This document shows positions 17,218-26,364 of a DNA stretch of 64,000 nt, piece by piece. The notes below the pieces were generated by a model. That model saw only the letters and a program-made list of their open reading frames with translations, had not been told where the DNA came from and searched no databases. Source of the DNA: Bacteroidota bacterium (GTDB lineage Bacteria > Bacteroidota > Bacteroidia > AKYH767-A > OLB10). The translations under genes were made by a program, and so were the position numbers. Within the stretch, counting starts at the first letter, position 1. Every line of letters starts with the position of its first letter. The DNA lies in the NCBI GenBank assembly GCA_018268195.1, contig JAFDWZ010000026.1, positions 64,491-128,490 of the forward strand, in the 5' to 3' direction.

Positions 17218-19088
17218 GCGATAAGCAAACATTTACTCCATCGCTGCATGAGGTGAATGCTTCCATCAACACGCAGACACCAAAAACCAAATTCCGAAAA
17301 TTGCTTGCATTTTTCGGGCCGGCATATCTGGTTAGTGTGGGTTATATGGACCCTGGAAACTGGGCCACTGATATAGCAGGAGGAAGTCAGTTTGGTTATC
17401 AGCTTCTGTGGGTATTGCTGATGAGCAACCTCATTGCTTTGCTACTGCAAAGTTTAAGTGCACGTCTTGGTGTGGTTCGCAACAGAGATCTGGCTCAGGC
17501 ATCACGTGAAACCTATCCGAAATACATAAACATAAGCCTGTATGTTTTGGCCGAAATTGCTATAGCAGCAACCGACCTTGCCGAAGTACTTGGTATGGCC
17601 ATAGGATTGCAATTACTTTTCGGTATATCACTCAGCACAGGAGTTATTATAACGGTATTCGATACCATTTTGCTATTATTCCTGATGAATTTAGGAATGC
17701 GGAAAATGGAAATGTTTATTATTTCATTGGTAGGAATAATCGGTATGTCATTTTTTGCCGAAGTGTTTTTTGCAAAACCAGATATGGGCGAGGTTATGTC
17801 CGGATTAATTCCTTCTGCCATGAGTAATGAAGCACTTTACATTGCTATAGGAATTATTGGAGCTACAGTGATGCCTCATAATCTTTACCTGCACTCATCA
17901 CTCGTACAGACGCGAAAAATTGAACGCAGTAACAAAGCCATCAGAAAAGCCATCCGCTTTAACATTGCCGACAGTGCCATTGCGCTTAATTTGGCCTTTT
18001 TTGTTAATGCCGCCATATTGATTCTTGCGGCTGCTGTTTTTCATAAATCAGGAATGTTTGAGGTAGCCGAAATTCAGGATGCTCATAAACTTTTAGAGCC
18101 GATGTTAGGCAACAAAATAGCTCCAATACTTTTTGCTGTAGCACTTATAGCTGCGGGTCAAAGTTCGACCGTAACGGGAACTTTATCAGGACAAATTGTA
18201 ATGGAGGGATATATCAATTTGAGAATTGCTCCATGGATAAGGCGGCTGCTTACACGGCTCATTGCCATCATTCCGGCTCTCATTACCGTGCATTTTTTTG
18301 GCGAACGCAGCAGCGGTGAACTTCTGGTACTGAGTCAGGTTATATTGAGCCTTCAGTTAGGGTTTGCCATCATCCCACTTATTCACTTTGTGAGCGACAA
18401 AGAAAAAATGGGGGTTTTTGCGATTAATACATTGACTAAATTTTTCGCATGGCTATGTGCGATTATAATCGTTACGCTGAATATCAAACTGGTTTATGAT
18501 TTCGTTTCAGAATTCTTAATGAGCGATGCAGCAACTTTATATAAGATTCCGGTAGTTTTAATCAGCTTAGCTGCAATTGCATTACTTTTTGTAGTGACAT
18601 TATACCCTTTGATTTTACGCAGAAGATTTCATGACCAGCAAATGCACCAACAACATGCCCATATTGCTCAAATAACAAGTCAGTCATTTAATCGAATTGT
18701 TATAGCTCTTGATTTCAGTAAGAGTGATGCCGTAGCTATTAATCATGCACTGAATATTGGAGGCAAAAGACCGGAGTATCTTCTCATTCACATAGTAGAA
18801 TCCGCAGGCGCTTTGGCTTTTGGCCATGAAATTGAAGACAAGGAAAGCCAATCCGACAAAAAACAACTGGAAATTTATGCTAAACAACTTACTGCAATGG
18901 GTTATAATGCAGAAAGCGCCATTGGATTTGGTAATCCAAAAAGAGCTATACCAACCATGGTGAATACTTTTGATGCCGACTTACTGGTAATGGGTGCTCA
19001 CGGTCATCGTGGCGTTAAAGATTTTCTATTGGGAACTACCATCAATACCGTACGACATCGTGTTAAAGCAGCAGTATTGATTGTTTAA
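17196..19088 (+). CDS. mntH: Nramp-family divalent metal (Mn2+/Fe2+) transporter fused to a C-terminal universal stress protein (USP) domain
   Basis: Nramp signature (GPAYLVSVGYMDPGNWATDI, MPHNLYLHS) across about 11 TM helices. Residues from about 497 to 630 (nt 18684-19088) form a USP-like alpha/beta domain (IVIALDFS...LLVMGAHGHRGVKDFLLGTT). The gene overlaps the repressor gene end. Confidence 0.9.
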   Translation: MGIKSKISDKQTFTPSLHEVNASINTQTPKTKFRKLLAFFGPAYLVSVGYMDPGNWATDIAGGSQFGYQLLWVLLMSNLIALLLQSLSARLGVVRNRDLAQASRETYPKYINISLYVLAEIAIAATDLAEVLGMAIGLQLLFGISLSTGVIITVFDTILLLFLMNLGMRKMEMFIISLVGIIGMSFFAEVFFAKPDMGEVMSGLIPSAMSNEALYIAIGIIGATVMPHNLYLHSSLVQTRKIERSNKAIRKAIRFNIADSAIALNLAFFVNAAILILAAAVFHKSGMFEVAEIQDAHKLLEPMLGNKIAPILFAVALIAAGQSSTVTGTLSGQIVMEGYINLRIAPWIRRLLTRLIAIIPALITVHFFGERSSGELLVLSQVILSLQLGFAIIPLIHFVSDKEKMGVFAINTLTKFFAWLCAIIIVTLNIKLVYDFVSEFLMSDAATLYKIPVVLISLAAIALLFVVTLYPLILRRRFHDQQMHQQHAHIAQITSQSFNRIVIALDFSKSDAVAINHALNIGGKRPEYLLIHIVESAGALAFGHEIEDKESQSDKKQLEIYAKQLTAMGYNAESAIGFGNPKRAIPTMVNTFDADLLVMGAHGHRGVKDFLLGTTINTVRHRVKAAVLIV

Positions 19089-19108
19089 CTTTCTTTGCTG
19101 AATCAAAT

Positions 19109-19570
19109 ATGGCCAAAAAAGATTTTTCTCCGGAAGTTGCAAATAAGAAAGCTTCATTCGATTATTTCTTCGAACAGAAGTTTGAAGCTGGTTTGGTGCT
19201 CACAGGCACCGAAGTAAAATCATTGCGTACAGGGCAAGTTAATCTGACGGATGCTTATTGTGTTTTTAAAGATGGAGAGCTTTGGGTTAAGAACATTCAC
19301 ATTTCGGAATACAAGCAAGGCGGATATGCAAACCACGTAGCCAAATCGGACCGTAAACTGTTGCTGCATAAAAAGGAATTGCAGAAGTTGATGAGCAAGG
19401 TTAAGAGCAAAGGCGTAACGATAATACCTACACGCATTTATTTCAATGAAAAAGGATTTGCCAAACTGGAAATTGCTCTGGCAAGAGGTAAGAAAATGTT
19501 TGATAAACGCGAATCACAGAAAGAGCAAGAGGCTAAAAGAGAAATGGCAAGAGTTATGAAACGCCATTAG
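19109..19570 (+). CDS. smpB: SsrA-binding protein
   Basis: 153 aa. N-terminal half is SmpB-like (ANKKASFDYFFEQKFEAGLVLTGTEVKS) and the C-terminal tail is basic. Confidence 0.95.
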   Translation: MAKKDFSPEVANKKASFDYFFEQKFEAGLVLTGTEVKSLRTGQVNLTDAYCVFKDGELWVKNIHISEYKQGGYANHVAKSDRKLLLHKKELQKLMSKVKSKGVTIIPTRIYFNEKGFAKLEIALARGKKMFDKRESQKEQEAKREMARVMKRH

Positions 19571-19903
19571 TCAGTTGATTGGAACAATCTAAGTAAAAGG
19601 AGAAAACTACATTGTTGCAAACTATTTAAAAAGCAAACTATAGTCAAAGCATTGCTCCATATTGTAAAAATTCATTCCGATAGTGCGAGTATTTTTCAGG
19701 TGATATGTAAAATCAACAAAAATAACTGGCAGATACAGTTTTTATTTAAAAATTGTTAATAACTAATTTAGGTGAAATGCTTGTTTTTTTAGGCGAACGC
19801 ATACTTTTGTTATGCGAATGATGATTATTAGTTGAAAGATGGGGTAAATTCAATATTAAAGCCTATGATTCTCAAATTTGATTCAACAAAAACATCTCCC
19901 TCT

Positions 19904-20614
19904 ATGGCTCTTTCAAATGCTAAACCGATTAGTGTACTCCTATTAAATAGTCGTACAGACTCCTCAATTCAATTATTGGAATATCTTTCGGTTGAAAGGT
20001 ATGAATGTCAGCATACGGGAAATCCATCGCATGCACTGAGCAAACTTCAAAATGAAGCTTTTGATTTTTTAATTTTAGGTGACGAATTACCGATAAACGA
20101 ATGTTATTTAGTAATTGATAAAGTAACTGAAATGATGTTTAACGGAAACATCATAATGATGTTTAAATATTCATCTGACAATGAAGTGGTAAATGCACTG
20201 CTTAAAGGTTGTGATGATGTATTTGTACAACCTTACAGTCTTGAATTGCTTAGTGCACGTTTGAGAAATCTGTATAAAAAACAGAAAAATATTTACAGTT
20301 ATCACAAACAACAATTCGGTGATATTGAAATGAGCCTGGAAGAATATCGTGTGTGGGTAAACAAGCAACCACTGCATCTTACTCGCGCAGAGTTTGGGCT
20401 ACTGAAATTTTTCATGGCCAATCCCGACCGAATAATTCCGCATGAAGTACTGGCAACACAGGTTTTGAATCATAAAACTGAGGATAATTTGCCGTTCGAT
20501 TATTTATACAGCCATATCAAAAATCTGAAACGTAAACTGGCACAATACACAACCATGAATTACATCAAAGCGGTATATGGTGCCGGATACCGATTCAAAG
20601 GCTCTATTGAATAA
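19904..20614 (+). CDS. OmpR/PhoB-type winged-helix regulator with a degenerate (pseudo-)receiver domain
   Basis: C-terminal Trans_reg_C-like domain (LTRAEFGLLKFFMANPDRII...GAGYRF). The N-terminal receiver-like fold lacks the acidic pair (LLLNSRT), the phospho-Asp (FLILGDELP), the Thr/Ser (IIMMFK) and the Lys (VQPY). The start is uncertain among TTG 19832, ATG 19865 and ATG 19904. Confidence 0.7.
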   Translation: MALSNAKPISVLLLNSRTDSSIQLLEYLSVERYECQHTGNPSHALSKLQNEAFDFLILGDELPINECYLVIDKVTEMMFNGNIIMMFKYSSDNEVVNALLKGCDDVFVQPYSLELLSARLRNLYKKQKNIYSYHKQQFGDIEMSLEEYRVWVNKQPLHLTRAEFGLLKFFMANPDRIIPHEVLATQVLNHKTEDNLPFDYLYSHIKNLKRKLAQYTTMNYIKAVYGAGYRFKGSIE

Positions 20615-23044
20615 TTATTTTGCTTTTACGCTTTTGAAAATGAGTTGCTGTTTCGAATTGCGTTCCACATCCTGCTTATTCATAAGCATAGGGCGATATT
20701 TTCCTGCAGCATATAGTTTTAACTGGTCGTAATAGTGTGGAGAATAGAAATAACCGCTCTGGCCTCCCGGGAGCACGCTGGTGGCATTGCCGATGTCGGC
20801 AAAGTCAATTGTCACACGCATTGCAGGTCCATAAGTTACCGGAAAATTACCGGTGGTGTCGAGAGCAAAACCCTGACTGTTTACAGTTTCATTACCTCCG
20901 GGTATGGCCACCTTGGGTGCATTAAATATTTTGTCCAAGGGCTTCTGGCGTCCCAGTACATGTTCGCACTGTAACGTATGCACATTACCCCACTGCCAGC
21001 TTTGCATATCATTGCCATATTTACGTTTAAGTAACTGCACACATTCATGGAACGACTGTTCCATAATTTCGCTACGCGTTTCATGCTTATCACGCGTAAG
21101 TACATTATCCCACCAAAGTGAAGAATCATTACGGCACAAACTGAGATACGTATTTTTCATTGTATGACCGTTAATGAACTCATGATAACGCTCGTATCCC
21201 AGTTCATCCACCATCGTATTCTGAAACACTAATGCCAATAAATTATAAAACACTACAGGGCCATTTTCATTTATGCTATGCGATCCTTTCCATTTTTTAA
21301 GAATATCAAATACTGCTGTTTCAAAGGAATCTTTCTTCACCGGTTCAAGTATTCCGCAAATAACTTTGTTAAGCTCTGATTTGAGAATACTGGTATCATC
21401 AAGTGCCATACTTCTCATGTCGTTTATATCCAACAATGATTTTTGCTGCAGCAATTGTAAAATCCTTTCAGCTCTGTCGGCAGGAGCGTAATAGCCGGGC
21501 AGCAAAAAACCATTAACACTATCGGGCTGGTTGTTGGCAGTGTAAATATAGCCGGTGGAGGGATTTACGCACTTAGGGTTTTCAGTAAATGGCAACCATG
21601 TAATGCTGTCGTCAATGCCATTGCTGCCATCGAGTAACAGACGGCCATCAGCTGTGGCGGGCAACTTAAATAGTCTTCCGGTAGCCCACCATGCAATGTT
21701 ACCTTCATCATCGCCATACATCAAATTGATTCCAGGAGCGTCTATCATAGATGCAGCAGTTTCCATATCACTGATTTTGTTTGCATGGCATAAACGATAG
21801 GCAGCCTGCACTGTTCGCGCTTCCTGTTTAGCATAAACCCACCATGCGGTTACGGGAACCGTGAGTGTGCTGTCCATTTGTTTTACTAAACCATTCAACT
21901 GACGATCCAATATAACCGGGCCATGAACACTTGACTTAACGGTGTAAACTACATCAGGCTGACCTTTAACCTTAATGATTTCCTGACGTTGCACATAATC
22001 TTCCCATTTACCCTGATGCCAATACTGATTTTCATTTGCGGGGTTTGGTTTTTCTTTATAAAAATTAAAATCGTCATTTTCAAGCATGGTCATGCCCCAG
22101 GCACGATTGCGTGTATGCCCGATAAGTGGAAAAGGAAAACCTGCAAGAAAATTTCCATATAGACTTATTTCAGGACATTCAATATGTGCTTCGTACCAAA
22201 CCGATGGTGAAGCATGACCTATATGGGTGTCATTCTCAAACAACACCTTGCCTGAAGCAGAGTGAGACGGGGCAACAACCCAACTATTGCTTCCGCTCCA
22301 AATTTTAACAGGCATCTTTACGTCAAGCATTTTTGCCAATGAAATTAAGGCTGACTGTATTAAAGTATCGTGCTGATTATTTACCGGAATACGTGCTCCG
22401 AGATTGGAAGTATAATGATGTGCCAGGTCATTATAGTACGGCAATCCCCAGTGCGTTGCAATATAATCCGTAACCGGATCGCTGCGCAGTGCTTCAGTGA
22501 AACTGAACCCCATATATCCTGATATCAAATACACATCTTTCACAGTAAACTTTGTTTTAGGAATACTTAGCAGAGTGAACTCCACAGGAGTTTTTCCTTT
22601 TTCGATAAAGAGATTAATGCCTTTAAGATATGCCAGAGTGAGTTGCTGATATGCAGAGTCCGAACCCGTAAAATATCGTTCTGCAGATCTTTCAGCAATT
22701 CCTGCAATATCTAATGACCTGAATAATTTATCAACTTTGATCAAATCGCTGCCGAATATTTCTGAGAGCCTTCCTGCTCCTACCCTACGCAACATTTCCA
22801 TCTGAAAAAGGCGGTCCTGTGCATGGACATAACCAAGAGCCATCCATGCATCCGTTTCCGACTGAGCGTAAATGTGAGGTATTGCATAATTATCATAGTA
22901 AACTCTGACATCATTTCCCAATAAATCAGTCTTTATCCTGCCATTATAATCAGGCATGAGATAATGCAGCCAGAACAATACGCCAATGATTACAGTAATT
23001 ATCAAAAAAGAGGAAATCAGCAACGTCCATTTAACAATTTTCAT
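20615..23044 (-). CDS. Penicillin acylase family Ntn-hydrolase (penicillin amidase / acyl-homoserine-lactone acylase-like)
   Basis: 809 aa with an N-terminal TM/signal. Internal GSNSWVV motif (autoproteolytic N-terminal nucleophile Ser of the beta chain). Overall S45-family organisation. Confidence 0.9.
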   Translation of the reverse strand: MKIVKWTLLISSFLIITVIIGVLFWLHYLMPDYNGRIKTDLLGNDVRVYYDNYAIPHIYAQSETDAWMALGYVHAQDRLFQMEMLRRVGAGRLSEIFGSDLIKVDKLFRSLDIAGIAERSAERYFTGSDSAYQQLTLAYLKGINLFIEKGKTPVEFTLLSIPKTKFTVKDVYLISGYMGFSFTEALRSDPVTDYIATHWGLPYYNDLAHHYTSNLGARIPVNNQHDTLIQSALISLAKMLDVKMPVKIWSGSNSWVVAPSHSASGKVLFENDTHIGHASPSVWYEAHIECPEISLYGNFLAGFPFPLIGHTRNRAWGMTMLENDDFNFYKEKPNPANENQYWHQGKWEDYVQRQEIIKVKGQPDVVYTVKSSVHGPVILDRQLNGLVKQMDSTLTVPVTAWWVYAKQEARTVQAAYRLCHANKISDMETAASMIDAPGINLMYGDDEGNIAWWATGRLFKLPATADGRLLLDGSNGIDDSITWLPFTENPKCVNPSTGYIYTANNQPDSVNGFLLPGYYAPADRAERILQLLQQKSLLDINDMRSMALDDTSILKSELNKVICGILEPVKKDSFETAVFDILKKWKGSHSINENGPVVFYNLLALVFQNTMVDELGYERYHEFINGHTMKNTYLSLCRNDSSLWWDNVLTRDKHETRSEIMEQSFHECVQLLKRKYGNDMQSWQWGNVHTLQCEHVLGRQKPLDKIFNAPKVAIPGGNETVNSQGFALDTTGNFPVTYGPAMRVTIDFADIGNATSVLPGGQSGYFYSPHYYDQLKLYAAGKYRPMLMNKQDVERNSKQQLIFKSVKAK

Positions 23045-23054
23045 ATAACAGATT

Positions 23055-23495
23055 TCAGTGTTCGTATTCAGGAAGGTCGTCTAAGAATTCAAAGGTATCA
23101 TCCACTCTTTTCATGCAGTAATGTTCCATTCCGTTGCTCACTACCAGATAAGGGACATCGTAAGTCAGATTATACCTTCCTATCTGATAAAAAGCATCTT
23201 GTCCAATAGCCACATCTGCCGCTTTAAACTCACAGATCATCCAGGGCTTGAGGTCGCGCGAATAAACAACCAAATCGGCTCGCATGGAAAGATCGTTAAA
23301 CACATGCTCTTTCTCTACTGCAAAAAGTGAATCGGGATATTTCTTTACATTAACAAGAAACATGATAAAATGCTGCCTCACCCACTCCTCCGGTGTCAAC
23401 TCCACGTACTTCTTTCTTACATGGTCAAAAATTTGTTTACTTTGCCCATCGGATTTAAATTTAAACTCACAAGCAGGCAGGTTTAATTCAATCAT
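23055..23495 (-). CDS. HsdR_N-like (type I restriction enzyme R protein N-terminal, PD-(D/E)xK-like) domain protein, stand-alone
   Basis: 146 aa. The pattern ...RADLVVY...ICEFKA... is consistent with a D...E-x-K nuclease-like core. Small proteins of this kind are common in Bacteroidota. Confidence 0.6.
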   Translation of the reverse strand: MIELNLPACEFKFKSDGQSKQIFDHVRKKYVELTPEEWVRQHFIMFLVNVKKYPDSLFAVEKEHVFNDLSMRADLVVYSRDLKPWMICEFKAADVAIGQDAFYQIGRYNLTYDVPYLVVSNGMEHYCMKRVDDTFEFLDDLPEYEH

Positions 23496-23556
23496 AGAAC
23501 GAAAGTAAATAAAACAATCTGTATTGAATAACCTTAACGAATATTAAAATACAATT

Positions 23557-24327
23557 ATGATAACGAAAGACGAAATAGTAAAAGACTGGTTACCACGCTA
23601 CACAGGAAGTGAACTGGAAAGTTTTGGTAAATATATTCTGCTTACCAACTTTAAGAATTATGTTGAACTCTTTGCGAAAATTCATAAAGTTGAGATAAAC
23701 GGTAAAAACCGCCCTATGCCAAATGCAACAGCCAACGGAATAACGATTATAAATTTCGGGATGGGCAGCGCCAATGCAGCTACTATCATGGATTTGCTTT
23801 CAGCAATAAAACCGCAGGCCTGTCTTTTTCTGGGTAAATGTGGCGGATTAAAAAAGAAGAATCAACTGGGAGATCTTATCCTGCCTATTGCTGCCATTCG
23901 AGGTGAAGGAACTAGTGATGATTATCTGCCTCCCGAAGTTCCGGCATTGCCGGCTTTTAGTTTGCAAAAGGCCGTGTCAACCACTATTCGCGAATACAAA
24001 AAAGATTACTGGACAGGTACTGTGTACACTACCAACAGACGTGTTTGGGAACATGACAATGAGTTTAAACAGTATCTGCGTAAACTCAGATGTATGGCTA
24101 TTGATATGGAAACAGCAACCGTATTTATTGCAGGGTTTATCAATAAAATTCCTTCAGGAGCATTGCTACTCGTTAGTGACCAGCCTATGATTCCCGAAGG
24201 TGTTAAAACAGAAAAGAGCGATTTGAAAGTTACAACAGACTTTGTAACCAATCATATTAAAATCGGTATTGACTCCCTCAACCAACTTAAGAACAAAGGT
24301 CTTACTGTTAAACATCTTCGCTTCTGA
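23557..24327 (+). CDS. amn: AMP nucleosidase (short form; PNP/UDP phosphorylase-family catalytic domain)
   Basis: FGMGSANAATIMDLL, LGKCGGL and MAIDMETA motifs match the Amn catalytic domain as I recall it. Confidence 0.75.
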   Translation: MITKDEIVKDWLPRYTGSELESFGKYILLTNFKNYVELFAKIHKVEINGKNRPMPNATANGITIINFGMGSANAATIMDLLSAIKPQACLFLGKCGGLKKKNQLGDLILPIAAIRGEGTSDDYLPPEVPALPAFSLQKAVSTTIREYKKDYWTGTVYTTNRRVWEHDNEFKQYLRKLRCMAIDMETATVFIAGFINKIPSGALLLVSDQPMIPEGVKTEKSDLKVTTDFVTNHIKIGIDSLNQLKNKGLTVKHLRF

Positions 24328-24333
24328 TTTTAA

Positions 24334-25398
24334 ATGCCCGACCGCAAATACGAAGAAATCATCAAAGACCTGCGAAATAAGGTTTATCATCCTGTTTATT
24401 TTCTGCAGGGAGAAGAACCTTATTACATTGATGCCATCAGCAATTACATGGAAGATAATGTATTGAATGAGATGGAAAAGGAATTTAATCAAACTGTGCT
24501 CTATGGTCGCGATACTGATATCATGACAATAGTAAGCGCTGCCAGAAGATTCCCTATGATGTCCAATTATCAGGTGGTGATTGTAAAAGAAGCTCAGGAT
24601 TTAAAGTGGTTTTCATCACGCAGTAAAGATGATGAAGGCGCAAAGGAAAAGGGTAAGGAAAAAGAAGATCCCATGATGCTTTATCTTCAAAACCCAACGA
24701 CATCTACCTTACTGGTTTTTTGTTATAAATACAAGAAAGTGGATTCGCGAACCAAGGTTGGGAAACTGCTGAAGGATAAAACACAATTTCTTGAAACAAA
24801 AAAACTATACGATAATCAGGTGCCGGCCTGGATTAAATCATTTTTGAAAGAGAAAAAAATAAATGCTGACGACAGTGCTACTGAGCTGTTAGCTCAATAT
24901 CTAGGTAATGATTTGGCTAAAATCAGCAATGAGGTAAATAAAATGATGCTCAACCTGAAAGATAAATCAGTAATTACTGCTGCCAATATTCAGGAGCATA
25001 TAGGAATCAGTAAGGATTATAATGTTTTTGAATTGCAGAATGCACTCGGTGTAAAAAATATACTGAAGGCAAACCAAATCATTAATTATTTTGCCGCTAA
25101 TCCCAAGAATAACCCCTTCCCTTTGCTCATAGCAAGCCTCTTTGCCTATTTCAACAAATTGCTGATTATTCATTTTACAGAGGATAAATCGCAGGGAAGT
25201 CTTGCTGCTGCTATCGGCATCAATCCATTTATAGTAAAAGAATATGTGCAGGCATCAAGATATTACCCTACTGCAAAACTTGAGCAGATAATCGGATGGC
25301 TACGTGAATATGATTTAAAGTCAAAAGGTGTAGGCTCAAGTGATCAGGTAACAGAAGGTGACCTGATGAAAGAACTGGTGTTTAAAATTTTACACTAA
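24334..25398 (+). CDS. holA: DNA polymerase III subunit delta
   Basis: 354 aa. YFLQGEEPYYID N-terminal motif and a HolA-like length and helical C-terminal domain. Confidence 0.85.
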   Translation: MPDRKYEEIIKDLRNKVYHPVYFLQGEEPYYIDAISNYMEDNVLNEMEKEFNQTVLYGRDTDIMTIVSAARRFPMMSNYQVVIVKEAQDLKWFSSRSKDDEGAKEKGKEKEDPMMLYLQNPTTSTLLVFCYKYKKVDSRTKVGKLLKDKTQFLETKKLYDNQVPAWIKSFLKEKKINADDSATELLAQYLGNDLAKISNEVNKMMLNLKDKSVITAANIQEHIGISKDYNVFELQNALGVKNILKANQIINYFAANPKNNPFPLLIASLFAYFNKLLIIHFTEDKSQGSLAAAIGINPFIVKEYVQASRYYPTAKLEQIIGWLREYDLKSKGVGSSDQVTEGDLMKELVFKILH

Positions 25399-25897
25399 GC
25401 ATTTCACTTATTCTGTTTATAATAACCCATTTTAATCAGGATGTGTAGTTAAAAAACATCTTACCGCTACTACTAAATGAGTATGGATAATTTTTTAATA
25501 AGGCTATACCGATTATCAACACTGTCATGGCCATAACATGAGCATTATTCATACAAATACTTTGAATATGGTGTGGCGCGTGCTTATGCAGGTTCTTTTT
25601 TCGGGAGCGGTTTAATCTCCGAATAGATCTACTCCGTAAAACAGACTCTCACAGTTTGCATAATAAACGCCTAAATATTCATCAGAATATTTCTTTTTGA
25701 CTTCCTGTTACTCTATAAGCGATTCTGTGAGTTTTAATTAAAATGTCCTTGTCCGTGAGTTATTTATTAAACTTAAGGTTTAGCCAAAAGTATTATTGCT
25801 TTCTTCCGTCATGAGCTTTGATAATTATGAGTATTTTAAACTTCAGGAGCGGTATATTTCATGCAAAGAAGTATTTATTATTATTTTTACGTACTGT

Positions 25898-26344
25898 ATG
25901 AAATACAAATATTTATTATTCACCGTTGCCATGTTAGTCGTCACGTATGGCTCATATAGCCAGCCTGTATTGGTATTTAATATCAAAATCACAACAGAAA
26001 ACCATGAAACGGAAGGGATTGAAATGATTCTGATAAATAAACATGGCGATAACAACAGGCAAGCTGTCAATGCTGAATCAACACTGATACTTGATGCAAA
26101 CAACTATTACAATATCACCTTCACTCAACCACATTCAAGATCAAAAAAAATAGAAATAGACACATCGCTGCCGGCAAATACCGACATGGATACGATACGT
26201 ACCAATCTGAATTTATTTTTAGATGTACGCGAATCTGTAGAAAAAGAATCGTTAAAAAAGAAAGAATGTGCTACGTCAGCGATATACTACTATCATCCTG
26301 ACTACAATCGTTTTGTTGTAAGCTTAAAAGGCAGCAGATACTGA
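25898..26344 (+). CDS. Hypothetical secreted protein
   Basis: Start moved to MKYKYLLFTVAMLVVTYGSYSQ (signal peptide). The following beta-rich segment resembles the N-terminal domain of the 12283-14451 protein (YNITFTQPHSRSKKIEIDTSLP versus YTLLFSKSGCVTKSIIFDTRVP). Confidence 0.5.
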   Translation: MKYKYLLFTVAMLVVTYGSYSQPVLVFNIKITTENHETEGIEMILINKHGDNNRQAVNAESTLILDANNYYNITFTQPHSRSKKIEIDTSLPANTDMDTIRTNLNLFLDVRESVEKESLKKKECATSAIYYYHPDYNRFVVSLKGSRY

Positions 26345-26364
26345 CTTGTTTCTAAAAACAATAA

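Noticed and set aside
19571-19903. Searched the region downstream of smpB for a tmRNA (ssrA) or other structured RNA
   Set aside because: I found no tRNA-like acceptor/T-arm sequence (no GGTTCGA-type T-loop), no tag-peptide reading frame and no strong hairpins. It looks like an AT-rich promoter region for the downstream regulator.
23055-23495. The HsdR_N-like gene as evidence of a type I restriction-modification or defence locus
   Set aside because: No HsdM, HsdS, helicase or other defence genes are adjacent. The gene is flanked by an acylase and by housekeeping genes (amn, holA). Small proteins of this type appear to be conserved core genes in Bacteroidota.
25399-25897. A 500-nt noncoding stretch after holA, including a short relatively GC-rich patch (about 25570-25620); considered as a tRNA, ncRNA or gene remnant
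   Set aside because: By eye I found no cloverleaf-compatible sequence, no repeats and no conserved riboswitch-like motifs. Only very short ORFs are present. There is not enough evidence to call any feature without an Rfam/Infernal scan.
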